The notes beneath the pieces were generated by a model, which saw nothing but the letters and a program-made list of their open reading frames with translations, had not been told where the DNA came from and made no database searches. Positions 31,768 to 42,133 of a DNA stretch of 64,000 nucleotides are shown in pieces; the first letter of the stretch is position 1, and each line of letters opens with the position of its first letter. Source of the stretch: an uncultured Verrucomicrobiae bacterium. Its GTDB lineage: Bacteria; Verrucomicrobiota; Verrucomicrobiia; Chthoniobacterales; UBA10450. Location of the stretch: assembly GCA_963756875.1 (NCBI GenBank), contig CAVWPA010000003.1, positions 1,152,001 through 1,216,000 of the forward strand, given 5' to 3'. A program made the position numbers and the translations under genes.

Positions 31768-32205
31768 ATGCAAAAAATCGGATTTGCCGAAGCCCTCGAT
31801 TCGATTGTAGCGAGCGACTCGCGTTATCATCGCGATGCCTACGTGTTCTTGCGTGATGCGCTCGATTTCACGACCAAGCAGCAAAAGAAAATTAAAGGCA
31901 CTACCGTGCGGCATGTGGCGGGACCGGAGTTGCTCGACGGCGTCCGGCAGTACGCGCTGAGAGAATTCGGCCCCATGGTAATCACGGTGTTTGACTGCTG
32001 GGGGATTCGCTCCTGCGAAGACATCGGCCACATGGTTTTTAATTTGATCGACGCCGGAATTTTCGGAAAGACCGACCAGGACTCCATTGAGGACTTCAAA
32101 AACGTCTACGACTTTGAGGAGGCGTTTGTAAAACCGTTCTCTCCGGAAAAGCCTTCGGCGCCAAGACTTTCGACTCCGGGCCTCCCGGTGCCGAAGTTGT
32201 TGTAA
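31768..32205 (+). CDS. Minf_1886-like PVC conserved protein
   Basis: RYHRDAYVFLRDAL, RHVAGPELL, WGIRSCEDIGHMVFNL, DSIEDF. Confidence 0.8.
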   Translation: MQKIGFAEALDSIVASDSRYHRDAYVFLRDALDFTTKQQKKIKGTTVRHVAGPELLDGVRQYALREFGPMVITVFDCWGIRSCEDIGHMVFNLIDAGIFGKTDQDSIEDFKNVYDFEEAFVKPFSPEKPSAPRLSTPGLPVPKLL

Positions 32206-32210
32206 CCGGC

Positions 32211-34895
32211 GTGGCCCTGCTACGTCATTGGAAACGATGCTCGCGAAAGCGGATTGTGCATCGCGTGCAGGTAGCGGGATTTTTTTCTGCGATAATATTA
32301 AGCATGGCTAATTTGAATGCGGCGCCGGCGGATCGCTCGGCAACCATCACCTTTCCACCGAGCACGGCGCAGAAATGGGTTTTGCCCGATGGCCTGACTC
32401 TCATCGTACAGGAAGACCACAGCGCTCCGGTGGCCAGTGTGCAGGCCTGGTGCGCCACCGGTAGCATTGAGGAGGATCAATGGCTGGGCGCCGGCCTGTC
32501 GCACATCCTGGAACACATGCTTTTCAAGGGGACCAAAACGCAACAGGGCAACGAGATCGCGCAAAAGATCCAGGACGTAGGCGGTTACATCAATGCATAT
32601 ACATCGTTCGATCGAACCGTTTTTTGGATCGATGTGCCGAAAGAAGGTGTGCAGACCGCGCTCGCGGTTCTATCCGACGCGATGATGAATTCCACTTTAC
32701 CGTCGGACGAGTACTCGAAAGAGCAGGAGGTGATTCGGCGCGAGTTCGCCATGGGCTTCGATAATCCCGATCGCATGGCGTCAGAGCTCCTTTTTGCAAC
32801 CGCGTATCAGCGGCATCCATATCGGCTCCCGGTGATTGGGCAGATGGAAATTTATAATCAGCTGACGCAGCAGCAGGTGATGCAGTATTACAAAACGCGC
32901 TACGTGCCGAACAATCTCACGTTTGTCGTGGTGGGAGATGTCGACGCCAAGAAAGTGCATCAGCAGCTGACCGATTACTTCAAGGCGTATCCGGAGAAGG
33001 CGCTGCAGCCGGTTTTCATTCCCGGGGAACCGCCCCAACTCGGGCGGCGCGAAGCGCACAAGGAGTTCGCCACCGAGCTAACGCGACTGATGCTCGCCTG
33101 GCATATTCCGGAGATAACAAATCCGGATGTTCCTGCTCTCGATCTGCTTTCGACGATTCTGGGTGACGGGCGCAGTTCGCGTCTGTATCGCAAAGTGCGT
33201 GAGGAAACCGGGCTGGCCTTTTCTGTTTCCGCATTTTCTTATACGCCAGGCGATCCCGGTCTGCTTGGCATTGAAGCCACGGTCGATCCCAAGAAACGCG
33301 ATCCTGCCGAACAATTGATTCTGCAAATCGTCGAGAATGTAAAGCAGGCGGGCGTAACGGCGGACGAACTGACGAAGGCAAAAAAAATATCCCTGAGTCA
33401 TCAGTTCGAGGCGCTCACGACGATGCGCGGCCAGGCTTCCGATCTCGGTTCCAATTGGCTGCTGACGCGAAACTTGAACTTCAGTCGCGACTATCTCACG
33501 GCGCTCCAGAAAGTGACGCTGGATGATATCCATCGTGTTGCGTCCAAATACCTGGTCGATCGAAATCTCACTGTCGTTACGCTGGATCCGAAAGGTTCGC
33601 TTGCCGGCAAGACGGAGGCGGCAAAACCGGCGAAAGCGGCCGAAGTTCAAAAATTCGAGCTCTCAAACGGTCTGCGCATTCTGGTGCGCGAGGATGGGCG
33701 CCTGCCCCTTGTTTCGATGGCCGCCGTGTTCCGTGGAGGACTGCTTGCTGAGACGCCTCAAACCAACGGAATCACGCGTTTGATGGCGAAGACGCTCCTG
33801 AAAGGGACGAAAACTCGCACAGCGGAACAAATCGCCGATCAAATCGAAGCCGTGGGTGGTTTCATCTCGAGTGACGGCGGCAACAACAGCTTTAACATTT
33901 CGCTGCATGTTACGAAGCCGGATTTGAAACTGGGCGCAGACATTCTGTCGGACGTTTTGCTTAACGCCACCATGCCGGAGAAGGCGGTGGCCCGCGAAAA
34001 AGAGGTGCAAATCGCCGGAATTAAAGAAGAAGACGAGCAAATGACGACGGTCGCCCGCAACATCCTGCGTCAGGCGCTCTTCGATCATCATCCTTATGCT
34101 CTGCGCGCCAGTGGTTCGGTCGATTCAGTGCAGCACTTGACCCAAAAAGATCTGCTTGCGTTTCGCAATCGTTACCTGGTCGCGAAAAACGGCGTGATCG
34201 CTGTTTTCGGAGACGTGAGTGCGGCGGAAGTAAAACAACTTTTCGAAAAAACGCTCGGCACAATGAAGCCGGGTGCGCTTGCCTTGACGGAGGCCCCCGC
34301 GCCGGCGCCATTGAAAAAAGTGACTGCTGTGGAGAGCACAAGACAAAAAGCGCAGGGAGTCGTGATGGTCGGCTATCGCGGAGTGGACGTGTACAGCAAG
34401 GACCGGTACCCGCTGGAGTTAATTGACGAAGCGAGCAGCGATCTGGGGTCGCGTTTTTTCATCCGGATCCGGGAGAAAATGGGACTGGCCTATTACGTTG
34501 GCGCGAGCCAGATGGAGGGGTTAGTGCCCGGTCTTTTCGCATTTTATCTCGGGACCGATCCGAAGAAGATCGAGCCGGTGAAAGCGGCGCTTCTCGATGA
34601 GATTCATAAACTGGCCGGCGAAGGGCTGACGGGCGAAGAGCTGACCCGGGCGAAGAAGAAATTGATCGGCCAGCAGGAGATCGCGAATCAAAGCAACGAC
34701 AGTTTTGGATTTCAGTGCGCGATCGACGAGCTTTATGGGCTCGGGTTCGACCATTACAAATCGACCGAGCGCGAGGTAAATGCAGTGACGCTTGATGAAA
34801 TCAAACGCGTGGCCGGGAAATATTTTCTCGATCGACCATACGTTTTGGCAACAGTGCGGCCCCCGGATCGCTCTGCGGCCGCGAAGCGGAGGTAA
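32211..34895 (+). CDS. M16 (pitrilysin-like) zinc protease
   Basis: HILEH inverted zincin motif, NAYTSFD, duplicated domain. True start probably 32256-32304. Confidence 0.93.
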   Translation: MALLRHWKRCSRKRIVHRVQVAGFFSAIILSMANLNAAPADRSATITFPPSTAQKWVLPDGLTLIVQEDHSAPVASVQAWCATGSIEEDQWLGAGLSHILEHMLFKGTKTQQGNEIAQKIQDVGGYINAYTSFDRTVFWIDVPKEGVQTALAVLSDAMMNSTLPSDEYSKEQEVIRREFAMGFDNPDRMASELLFATAYQRHPYRLPVIGQMEIYNQLTQQQVMQYYKTRYVPNNLTFVVVGDVDAKKVHQQLTDYFKAYPEKALQPVFIPGEPPQLGRREAHKEFATELTRLMLAWHIPEITNPDVPALDLLSTILGDGRSSRLYRKVREETGLAFSVSAFSYTPGDPGLLGIEATVDPKKRDPAEQLILQIVENVKQAGVTADELTKAKKISLSHQFEALTTMRGQASDLGSNWLLTRNLNFSRDYLTALQKVTLDDIHRVASKYLVDRNLTVVTLDPKGSLAGKTEAAKPAKAAEVQKFELSNGLRILVREDGRLPLVSMAAVFRGGLLAETPQTNGITRLMAKTLLKGTKTRTAEQIADQIEAVGGFISSDGGNNSFNISLHVTKPDLKLGADILSDVLLNATMPEKAVAREKEVQIAGIKEEDEQMTTVARNILRQALFDHHPYALRASGSVDSVQHLTQKDLLAFRNRYLVAKNGVIAVFGDVSAAEVKQLFEKTLGTMKPGALALTEAPAPAPLKKVTAVESTRQKAQGVVMVGYRGVDVYSKDRYPLELIDEASSDLGSRFFIRIREKMGLAYYVGASQMEGLVPGLFAFYLGTDPKKIEPVKAALLDEIHKLAGEGLTGEELTRAKKKLIGQQEIANQSNDSFGFQCAIDELYGLGFDHYKSTEREVNAVTLDEIKRVAGKYFLDRPYVLATVRPPDRSAAAKRR

Positions 34896-34898
34896 ACT

Positions 34899-35321
34899 AT
34901 GGCGGAAATCCAAACGAACACGATGGGTCAGACGGCGCAGCGCTTCATTGAGTTTGTCATGATGCATGCGCAGAACGCGGCGCTTTTTCTCGGGCAAATT
35001 CCCAATCCCAAGACAGGTGAGGGAGAAGTGAATCTCGAGCTGGCGAAAATGTTCATCGACCAGCTCGCCATGATTCAGGAAAAAACGCGCGGGAATTTGA
35101 CGAACGAAGAATCGACGGTGTTGCGGAACGCGATCTCGAACCTGCAAATGGTATACGTGGAGGTGTCGCGGAAGGCGCCGCAAGGCACAGCGCCATCGGC
35201 TGCGCCTGCGAGCGAGCAGCCTGCACCGGAATCGTCTGAGCCGTCATCTTCCCCGTCGCCTCCAGGCGCGTCGACTGAATCGGAGTCGAAAAAGAAGTTC
35301 ACGAAGAGCTACGGACCGTAG
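34899..35321 (+). CDS. DUF1844 protein
   Basis: LGQIPNP...LAKMFIDQLAMIQEKTRGNL. Confidence 0.85.
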   Translation: MAEIQTNTMGQTAQRFIEFVMMHAQNAALFLGQIPNPKTGEGEVNLELAKMFIDQLAMIQEKTRGNLTNEESTVLRNAISNLQMVYVEVSRKAPQGTAPSAAPASEQPAPESSEPSSSPSPPGASTESESKKKFTKSYGP

Positions 35322-35478
35322 GTAGTGGCATCGGCTTCCAGCCGATATTTTAGAACGTGATCGGCAGGATGCCGACGCCACAATCGCCGTGGCGCTTCGA
35401 GGAAAGCGAGCCGACGATTGTCAAAGGCCAGGACCTTGATGTTCCAACTTTCCTGAGGAAGAGCGACCAAACGCTAGC

Positions 35479-36474
35479 CTAGCGGTGGCTGCGCGACGAG
35501 CGTTTCGCTTTGGTGCTTTTGCGCACGGTGATGGTTCCTTCGCGCGCCTCGGGCGTGGGCGACGCATTGGGATATTTTTTCGTGCTCGGCCAGATCAACC
35601 GCCACGGCTGCGTTTTGATCGTATTGGAAAATTCCGCAATGTTTCGGCCGACCGGCTCCAGGTTGCGCATGGTTGTCTTCAATTTTTCGGATGAATCCCG
35701 AAAGTTTTGCAGTGTGACTTTCAGGTTGTCGTTTTCGGTAAGACTGTTGGTGATCTTTTCGAGATTGGTGAGTGAATGCGAGAGGGAGCCATCCGGAGCG
35801 GTAAGACCGTTGAGGTGTTCGCCGAAAGTTTTGAATTCGGCGAGCGCCTGGTTGAGTTCGGAATTTTCGTCCGTGATGCGGCTAAGATTTTGCGCGGTAG
35901 CCTCCAGCTCTTTCATGGTGGAAGTGGCCTCGGCTGCGACCGGTTTGATCACCTCCAGCATTTGAGCGGCCGCTTCGCTGAAATCCGGCGTGCGTTCGCC
36001 CGAGAATATTTCGCCATCCCGGGCGCGGCCAGAGTTTTCAGTGCCTTGCGTAATGTCGATGGCCATCTCGCCGAGCAGACCGAGTTGCATCAGCCGGACA
36101 TGAGCGTCGCGGTAAACTTGTGCGCTTTTGTTCACCTTTACATCAATGCGAACTTCGTATTTTGGCCCGGCCTCCAGCGGGGTAGGGGTTGCGTTTGCCG
36201 GCGGCGGGCGCAGGGCGGCGGCAGCTTCTTCCGCGCGCCGCTCTTCTTCCCGTGAAACGGGCGAATGCAAACTTTGCACCTGGCCGATCTTTCGTCCGGC
36301 CAGCATGACCGGCGCGCCCAGCTTGATTCCGGCCGCGTTGTCGAAATAAAGCTTATAGGTAACCAGCGGCCGAAAAAGGCCGGGTGCCCCGAGCAGGACC
36401 AGGGCGGCGGTGATCACCGCCGCCGAGCCGATGACCAGCAGCCCGGTTAAAACTTCATTTCTTCGCAATTGCAT
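35479..36474 (-). CDS. mlaD: MCE/MlaD family protein
   Basis: N-terminal TM, FDNAAGIKLGAPVMLAGRKIGQV, GLLGE. Confidence 0.88.
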   Translation of the reverse strand: MQLRRNEVLTGLLVIGSAAVITAALVLLGAPGLFRPLVTYKLYFDNAAGIKLGAPVMLAGRKIGQVQSLHSPVSREEERRAEEAAAALRPPPANATPTPLEAGPKYEVRIDVKVNKSAQVYRDAHVRLMQLGLLGEMAIDITQGTENSGRARDGEIFSGERTPDFSEAAAQMLEVIKPVAAEATSTMKELEATAQNLSRITDENSELNQALAEFKTFGEHLNGLTAPDGSLSHSLTNLEKITNSLTENDNLKVTLQNFRDSSEKLKTTMRNLEPVGRNIAEFSNTIKTQPWRLIWPSTKKYPNASPTPEAREGTITVRKSTKAKRSSRSHR

Positions 36475-37246
36475 CTTGGCTGTCTTCCAGAATGGGGCCT
36501 TCCGTGCTTCCGCTCAAGAACTGAGCAACAACGGGATTTCTTGACTGTTTGAATTGTTCCGGCGGCCCGTCCTCGATGATCCTGCCCTGATAGAGCATGG
36601 CCATTCGCGTGGCGACTCGGAAAGCGCTGCCCATTTCATGCGTGACGATAATGGATGTGACCTTGGATTTCTCGGTGAGATTAATGATCAACTCATCAAT
36701 CACGGATGCAATCACCGGATCGAGGCCAGCCGAGGGTTCGTCAAAAAGAATGGCTTCCGGTTCCATGACCAGCGCCCGGGCCAGGCTCACGCGCTTTCTC
36801 ATGCCGCCACTGAGTTGCGATGGCATCATCTCCCTGGAATCTTGCATGCCGACGAGCTCGAGTTTTTCATTTACAATTCGATCGATCTCCCGGCGCGGTT
36901 TGGTGGTGAGCTCTTCCAGCGGAAGCGCGACATTGTCGCGGACGTTTCGTGAACTGAGCAGCGCCGAGTATTGATAAACCATTCCGATACTTCTGCGCAC
37001 TTGTTGCAATTTGCGTCGCCGCAGCCGTGTGATCTCAAATTGTTTGAAAAAAACCGAACCCTCGGTGGGTCGCAAAATTCCCAGGACAAGGCGCAAGATG
37101 GTGCTCTTGCCACTGCCGCTTTGACCCATGATGACGAGGCGGTCCTGAGGTTCGACAGCGAGAGAAAGTCCGTCGAGCACTTTTTTTCCCTCGAACTGCA
37201 TTCGTACATCACGGAGTTCGATCACAGCTGAGTTCCGCGCGCTCAT
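36455..37246 (-). CDS. mlaF: MlaF-type ABC ATPase
   Basis: GQSGSGKS, LSGGMRKRV, DEPSAGLDP; ATG overlaps the mlaE stop. Confidence 0.9.
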   Translation of the reverse strand: MSARNSAVIELRDVRMQFEGKKVLDGLSLAVEPQDRLVIMGQSGSGKSTILRLVLGILRPTEGSVFFKQFEITRLRRRKLQQVRRSIGMVYQYSALLSSRNVRDNVALPLEELTTKPRREIDRIVNEKLELVGMQDSREMMPSQLSGGMRKRVSLARALVMEPEAILFDEPSAGLDPVIASVIDELIINLTEKSKVTSIIVTHEMGSAFRVATRMAMLYQGRIIEDGPPEQFKQSRNPVVAQFLSGSTEGPILEDSQDAIAKK

Positions 37247-38082
37247 GTTGGGAAAAACACGACGTAAACAATGTTGTAGAGCGTATCGACGCCGATCACG
37301 GTGGTAATCGCGGTGACGACGCTTGAGGTGGTCGCCTTTCCGACACCGGCTGCTCCGCCGGTAACGGTCAGACCGCGATAGCACGCGATCGCGGCAATAA
37401 GCAGGCCGAACATAAAGCTCTTAAAAACTCCCGTGATGATGTCGCGGATGAGCAAAGCGTCGCGGACGAGATCGATAAAATAGACGAAGGCGATGCCGAA
37501 ATAGGCCCGACAAATCAAGCTGCTGGCAAAAATAGCGGCAATATTCGCAATCGTGGAAAGGCAGGGCATCAGCAAAAACAGGGCGAGCATGCGCGGCGCG
37601 ACCAGAAACCGCAGCGGCCCTATGCCCATCGCCTCGATCGCTTCCACTTCTTCGGACACCTGCATTGTGCCCAGCTCGGCGGTGAACGCCGCGCCAATGC
37701 GCGCGGCCAGCATAATGCCCGTGATGAGCGGTCCCAGCTCGCGAGTGAAACTGATGGCCACCAGACCAGGGACCAGACGCTCCGTTCCAAAACGCTCCAG
37801 CTGGTAACCAGTTAACAGCGCCATGGTCAGACCAAGAAAGAACGAGACCAGCCCGACAAGCGGCACCGAATCGACGCCGGCCCTTGCGGTATGCCCGAAA
37901 AAACTGGAGGCGCGAAACGGAACCCGTCTCTGGCGCAGCCGCTCGATCGTTTCCTCGAAAGTGTGAACGATGAACCAAAACACGCCGCCCACCCCGCGCA
38001 AAAAGTTCGTGCTGATCTCGCCGACGTCCTGCACGATGTCGACCGGATTCCCCGGGGCGGTCTCCTTTTGGTTCTTTGGCAT
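37243..38082 (-). CDS. mlaE: MlaE-type ABC permease
   Basis: RELGPLIT, AELGTMQVSEEVEA, GGAAGVGKATT. Confidence 0.92.
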   Translation of the reverse strand: MPKNQKETAPGNPVDIVQDVGEISTNFLRGVGGVFWFIVHTFEETIERLRQRRVPFRASSFFGHTARAGVDSVPLVGLVSFFLGLTMALLTGYQLERFGTERLVPGLVAISFTRELGPLITGIMLAARIGAAFTAELGTMQVSEEVEAIEAMGIGPLRFLVAPRMLALFLLMPCLSTIANIAAIFASSLICRAYFGIAFVYFIDLVRDALLIRDIITGVFKSFMFGLLIAAIACYRGLTVTGGAAGVGKATTSSVVTAITTVIGVDTLYNIVYVVFFPT

Positions 38083-38139
38083 GCCGATGCTGAAGTTGCC
38101 TTACTTCATGACGCGTAAAAGAACAAAATGGGCCGCTCT

Positions 38140-38982
38140 TCAGGATCGCGTTGCAAAGATAGTGCTAAACCCGTTCGGATCGTGGGTATCCACCCAGGAA
38201 TCGACCGAATGGCGCGCGAGAGCCCGCAGTTCCCCATGTCCAGGATAGGCCAGGTTGAATTGTCGATCCAGGAACCAATCAAGAAGCTCGGTTTTGCCAC
38301 GCCCCGCGCACGCCTGGGCTGTAGGATTGAATTCGCAAAATATTGTGAGCTGTCTGGAAGCGGAAATGGTTTGTTCCAGTCCCGCTAGAACGTTCAACTC
38401 CCAGCCTTCTACGTCGATCTTCAGGATGTCGATCCGGCGGACATCGATCTTTTTCATGAAATTGTCACCGGCGACGAGTTCGGAAACCGCCGAATTTAAT
38501 CGCCCGCTTCCCTGATAAAAGACGTGCGTCGCCGGATACTCTTTTGCAAATGAGCCAACCGAGTGATCGTGGCCGGCAAAAAAAAGCGGGAGGCGGTCAT
38601 CGCTTGATGAGAGAGCGACATTGTAGAGGGAGACCTGGCGGAAACCGGAGACGTTCTTTTCGAGTAATGGAAAGATGATCGAATTGGGCTCGAACGCGCA
38701 AACTCTTCCCCGAGCGCCGGTCGAGCGGGCAAAAAATCGTGTCAAATACCCGACATTAGCGCCGACGTCGATGATCGTTTGGCCGGGCCGAAGAAAGCGG
38801 CGCATTAAATTGGTTTCCGCGACTTCGTAACGTCCGGTCAACATCTTGATCCGGTTTGGCAGATAACCGCCGCGAGCCGTTCGAAATCCTGCGACCCGCT
38901 CCACCGGGGAAAGTGCTGCTTCTAGAAAAGCTTTGGCCACATGATGGCCTGCGCGGCGCAGAGCAGAGTGCATTTCGCCCAA
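38140..38982 (-). CDS. FkbM-family methyltransferase
   Basis: IDVGANVG, FEP, KIDVEGWE. Confidence 0.9.
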   Translation of the reverse strand: MGEMHSALRRAGHHVAKAFLEAALSPVERVAGFRTARGGYLPNRIKMLTGRYEVAETNLMRRFLRPGQTIIDVGANVGYLTRFFARSTGARGRVCAFEPNSIIFPLLEKNVSGFRQVSLYNVALSSSDDRLPLFFAGHDHSVGSFAKEYPATHVFYQGSGRLNSAVSELVAGDNFMKKIDVRRIDILKIDVEGWELNVLAGLEQTISASRQLTIFCEFNPTAQACAGRGKTELLDWFLDRQFNLAYPGHGELRALARHSVDSWVDTHDPNGFSTIFATRS

Positions 38983-38983
38983 A

Positions 38984-40156
38984 TTATAAGCTTTCTAGAA
39001 ATTCCCGCAGCAACGCAATGTCGACAATCATGTCTTCGTTTTCAGGCGGGCGAAATGAGGCTTCGTCCATCTGGATGCGCGGCCTGGCTTCGACAAACCG
39101 ATATCGCAACTGCGCGGAGGTCGCGAGCTGAAGGTAGAAATCGCGGTAGCCCGATTTCGTGCCGATTTCCGCAACCAGCGCCCCGGGTTGAGAGAAGGCG
39201 ATGTTGGCCAGGGCCGCGCCGTGCGGGGCGAGAACGACTTCAGCGCTGGAAAACATGGCAACCTGTTCGTCCCACGATTTTGATTCGAGCTCGACAATTG
39301 TAAAATTCGCGCCGACCAACAGCTTCTCTAATTCGGACTCGTTGATCACCCGGCGAACGGCTGCGCGTTGTCGTGAGATATACAAGCGGCGCGCCGAACT
39401 CTTCGCGCGCGGCTGCGATTCGCCCAGAATTCGCAGCATATCGATCTTCCATGGGGCGATTACTTTTGAGAAATGGTCCATCGACGGAATCATTGCCTCC
39501 TTGATCAGAAAACGGTCGCCAGCGCCGACGTACATGATTTTTTCCTGTGGGAGCTCTAACGCGCGCAGCGACGCCCCTTCGTAATGAGCATGCGATCCGT
39601 TGATCAGGAAACGATCGAAAGATCCAAATCTTTCCTCGGCGGATTTGAGCAGACCGAGGCGCGGAACGAGATCGATCAACCAATGGTAATAATTTCCGGG
39701 AGCCTCTGGTGTGACGGCGATGGCGGTTCGTCCATCCAGTGTGCGGGCTTCCGGCAAACGCAATTGAGAGAAGATCGGATGATTTTCAACGCCCCAGACT
39801 TCGGGTGAAAGATCGCCGAGAAGCCGATTATCGTTCGTGACGATCGATCCGCCGTAGCGCGCCCAGAAATCGATGTCCGTAAAATGGAACAGCCAGGCCG
39901 GCTCGGAAACATTTGGCCCGGCAACGCCATGATCAGAAGCAAACGGATAGGACGGGCGTGCGACCGGCATGGCGGGATGGATCTCCGCCGCGCTGCAAAG
40001 CGACGAACCGGCATAATCTCGCGTCGAACGTTGAATGATCGGCGGCTGCCGGTTCAGCGCTACGAGATATCGCCTGATCTTTCTCATGGGAAGAACGAGG
40101 CGCTTCAGCGGACGGAGCCGCCATTTTTGGCGTCGAATAAAATTTCTTAGCTGCAT
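38984..40156 (-). CDS. Glycosyltransferase family 61 (DUF563)
   Basis: NYYHWLIDLVPRL, LYISR, PHGAALANIAF. Confidence 0.88.
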   Translation of the reverse strand: MQLRNFIRRQKWRLRPLKRLVLPMRKIRRYLVALNRQPPIIQRSTRDYAGSSLCSAAEIHPAMPVARPSYPFASDHGVAGPNVSEPAWLFHFTDIDFWARYGGSIVTNDNRLLGDLSPEVWGVENHPIFSQLRLPEARTLDGRTAIAVTPEAPGNYYHWLIDLVPRLGLLKSAEERFGSFDRFLINGSHAHYEGASLRALELPQEKIMYVGAGDRFLIKEAMIPSMDHFSKVIAPWKIDMLRILGESQPRAKSSARRLYISRQRAAVRRVINESELEKLLVGANFTIVELESKSWDEQVAMFSSAEVVLAPHGAALANIAFSQPGALVAEIGTKSGYRDFYLQLATSAQLRYRFVEARPRIQMDEASFRPPENEDMIVDIALLREFLESL

Positions 40157-40209
40157 TCCTTTTCCGAAAACGCTAAAGGAGAGAGTAGCTCATCGCCGTG
40201 CGGCCGCGC

Positions 40210-41256
40210 ATGAAAATATACCGAATGCTTTTTCTGGTTTGCACACTGCTCGTGTCCGCTGCATTAGCTGATGCGCAAGGGCAGGGCAAGGTCGAGAAGC
40301 CAACTATTCCGATGAAAGAGCACAAATTCGTTTTGGTAATCCACGGCGGCGCCGGAACAATGGAGCGTGGTAAAATGACGCTGGAACGCGAGCGCGAATA
40401 TCGCGCGGGGCTGGAACGCGCTCTCCACGGCGGTTACGATGTCCTGAAGAGCGGCGGCTCCAGCCTGGATGCGACCGAAGCAGCCGTGCGCGCTCTCGAA
40501 GACGATCCCCATTTCAACGCAGGCAGGGGCGCCATCTTTACAAATGCCGGAACCAACGAGCTCGACGCCGCGATTATGGATGGGCGCACATTGAAAGCTG
40601 GAGCGGTCGCAGCATTGAAGCACATCAGGAACCCGATCAGTCTGGCACGGCTCGTCATGGAAAAATCGCCGCATGTCATGATGGCCTGCGACGGGGCGGA
40701 AGCGTTCGCCAAAAAGAACGGAATGGAGCTGGTCGACCAAAAATATTTTTTCACCCAGGAACGCTGGGATGCGCTGCAGAAAATAAAAGCTGCCGAAAAG
40801 AGCCATAAAGTTGGCGACAGGAAGTCCGGCATTACCGATCAAGATCTGCACGGAACGGTCGGCGCGGTCGCGCTCGACCAGGCTGGAAATCTGGCCGCGG
40901 CGACATCGACTGGAGGAACCACGAACAAACTTGCCGGACGTATCGGAGATTCGCCAATTATTGGCGCGGGAACCTATGCAAATAACGCCACCTGCGCCGT
41001 CTCGGCAACGGGTGATGGAGAATACTTTATTCGAGCGACAGTCGCGCACGACATTTCGGCATTGATGGAATATCGCAAAATGAAATTGCAAGACGCCGCC
41101 CAGACCGTTCTCGATAAAGTGGCGAAACTGGGAGGGACCGGTGGATTGATTGCGGTCGATAAAGAAGGCGACATCGCTTTGCCATTCAACACCTCCGGGA
41201 TGTACCGCGGACATGTCGATTCGAATGGCGAATTTGTCGTCGATATTTACAAATAA
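40210..41256 (+). CDS. iaaA: Isoaspartyl peptidase / L-asparaginase (Ntn hydrolase) with signal peptide
   Basis: IHGGAG, FNAGRG, HG-TVGAVA autoproteolysis site, GRIGDSP. Confidence 0.93.
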   Translation: MKIYRMLFLVCTLLVSAALADAQGQGKVEKPTIPMKEHKFVLVIHGGAGTMERGKMTLEREREYRAGLERALHGGYDVLKSGGSSLDATEAAVRALEDDPHFNAGRGAIFTNAGTNELDAAIMDGRTLKAGAVAALKHIRNPISLARLVMEKSPHVMMACDGAEAFAKKNGMELVDQKYFFTQERWDALQKIKAAEKSHKVGDRKSGITDQDLHGTVGAVALDQAGNLAAATSTGGTTNKLAGRIGDSPIIGAGTYANNATCAVSATGDGEYFIRATVAHDISALMEYRKMKLQDAAQTVLDKVAKLGGTGGLIAVDKEGDIALPFNTSGMYRGHVDSNGEFVVDIYK

Positions 41257-41325
41257 GGTTGTAGAGACCGCTGTCTCAGCGGCAATCTTCGCATCTGCCG
41301 CCGGGGACGGCGGCCGCTACAAAAT

Positions 41326-42039
41326 ATGCTGCCCGCGTTTTCGGTTGTTATTCCCTGTTTTAACGAAGCTGCGCGCATCGGCCAAACCGTACGCGCCACG
41401 CTCGATTATCTTCTGCATGTCAGTCCCGAAAGCGAACTGATCGTCGTGAACGATGGCTCGACTGACGCAACGTCGACGATCGCCCGGGAATATTTGGCCG
41501 GCGCAAAAATAACAGCGCGACTTCTCGAAAATTTTCCGAACCGCGGGAAAGGTGCGGCCGTCCGAAAAGGTTTGCTCGATGCGCACAAACCGATCGGCTT
41601 GTTTTTCGATGCCGATCTTTCGACGCCGCTCGAGGAAACGCCGAAACTGGTCGAGCCGATCGCGCACGGCGATGTGGATGTGGCTTTCGGGTCGCGCGCG
41701 CTTGATCGAAGTTTAATCGGTCACCGGCAACCGTGGCGGCGGGAGCAGGCAGGTCGCGTTTTCAATTTACTGGTTCGCCTCGCAACGGGCATGCCGTTTT
41801 GGGACACGCAATGCGGCTTCAAGGCATTCCGGCTCGATGTTTGCCGTCCTGTTCTGCAGGCGGCGCGACTGGATGGTTTCGCCTTTGACGTCGAGCTGCT
41901 CTTTCTGGCAAAGCGCGCGGGGTTGCGCCTGCGCGAAATCCCTGTCCGCTGGAACCACGCTGAAGGAAGCAAGGTGCACTTTCTCCGCGACAGCCTGGGC
42001 ATGCTCCGCGAAGTCGTCGCCCTGCGTGCGCGGCTGTAG
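41326..42039 (+). CDS. GT2 polyprenyl-phosphate glycosyltransferase
   Basis: VVIPCFNE, NDGS, NRGKG, DADL, DTQCGFK. Confidence 0.9.
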   Translation: MLPAFSVVIPCFNEAARIGQTVRATLDYLLHVSPESELIVVNDGSTDATSTIAREYLAGAKITARLLENFPNRGKGAAVRKGLLDAHKPIGLFFDADLSTPLEETPKLVEPIAHGDVDVAFGSRALDRSLIGHRQPWRREQAGRVFNLLVRLATGMPFWDTQCGFKAFRLDVCRPVLQAARLDGFAFDVELLFLAKRAGLRLREIPVRWNHAEGSKVHFLRDSLGMLREVVALRARL

Positions 42040-42133
42040 CGGCGGTCTATGACCGCCGAAAAATTAGCAGTACAGCAAAGCGGCGCGCTGACCGACTATC
42101 CGATCTGGCGCGCCTGCTTGAATGACTCAGTTG

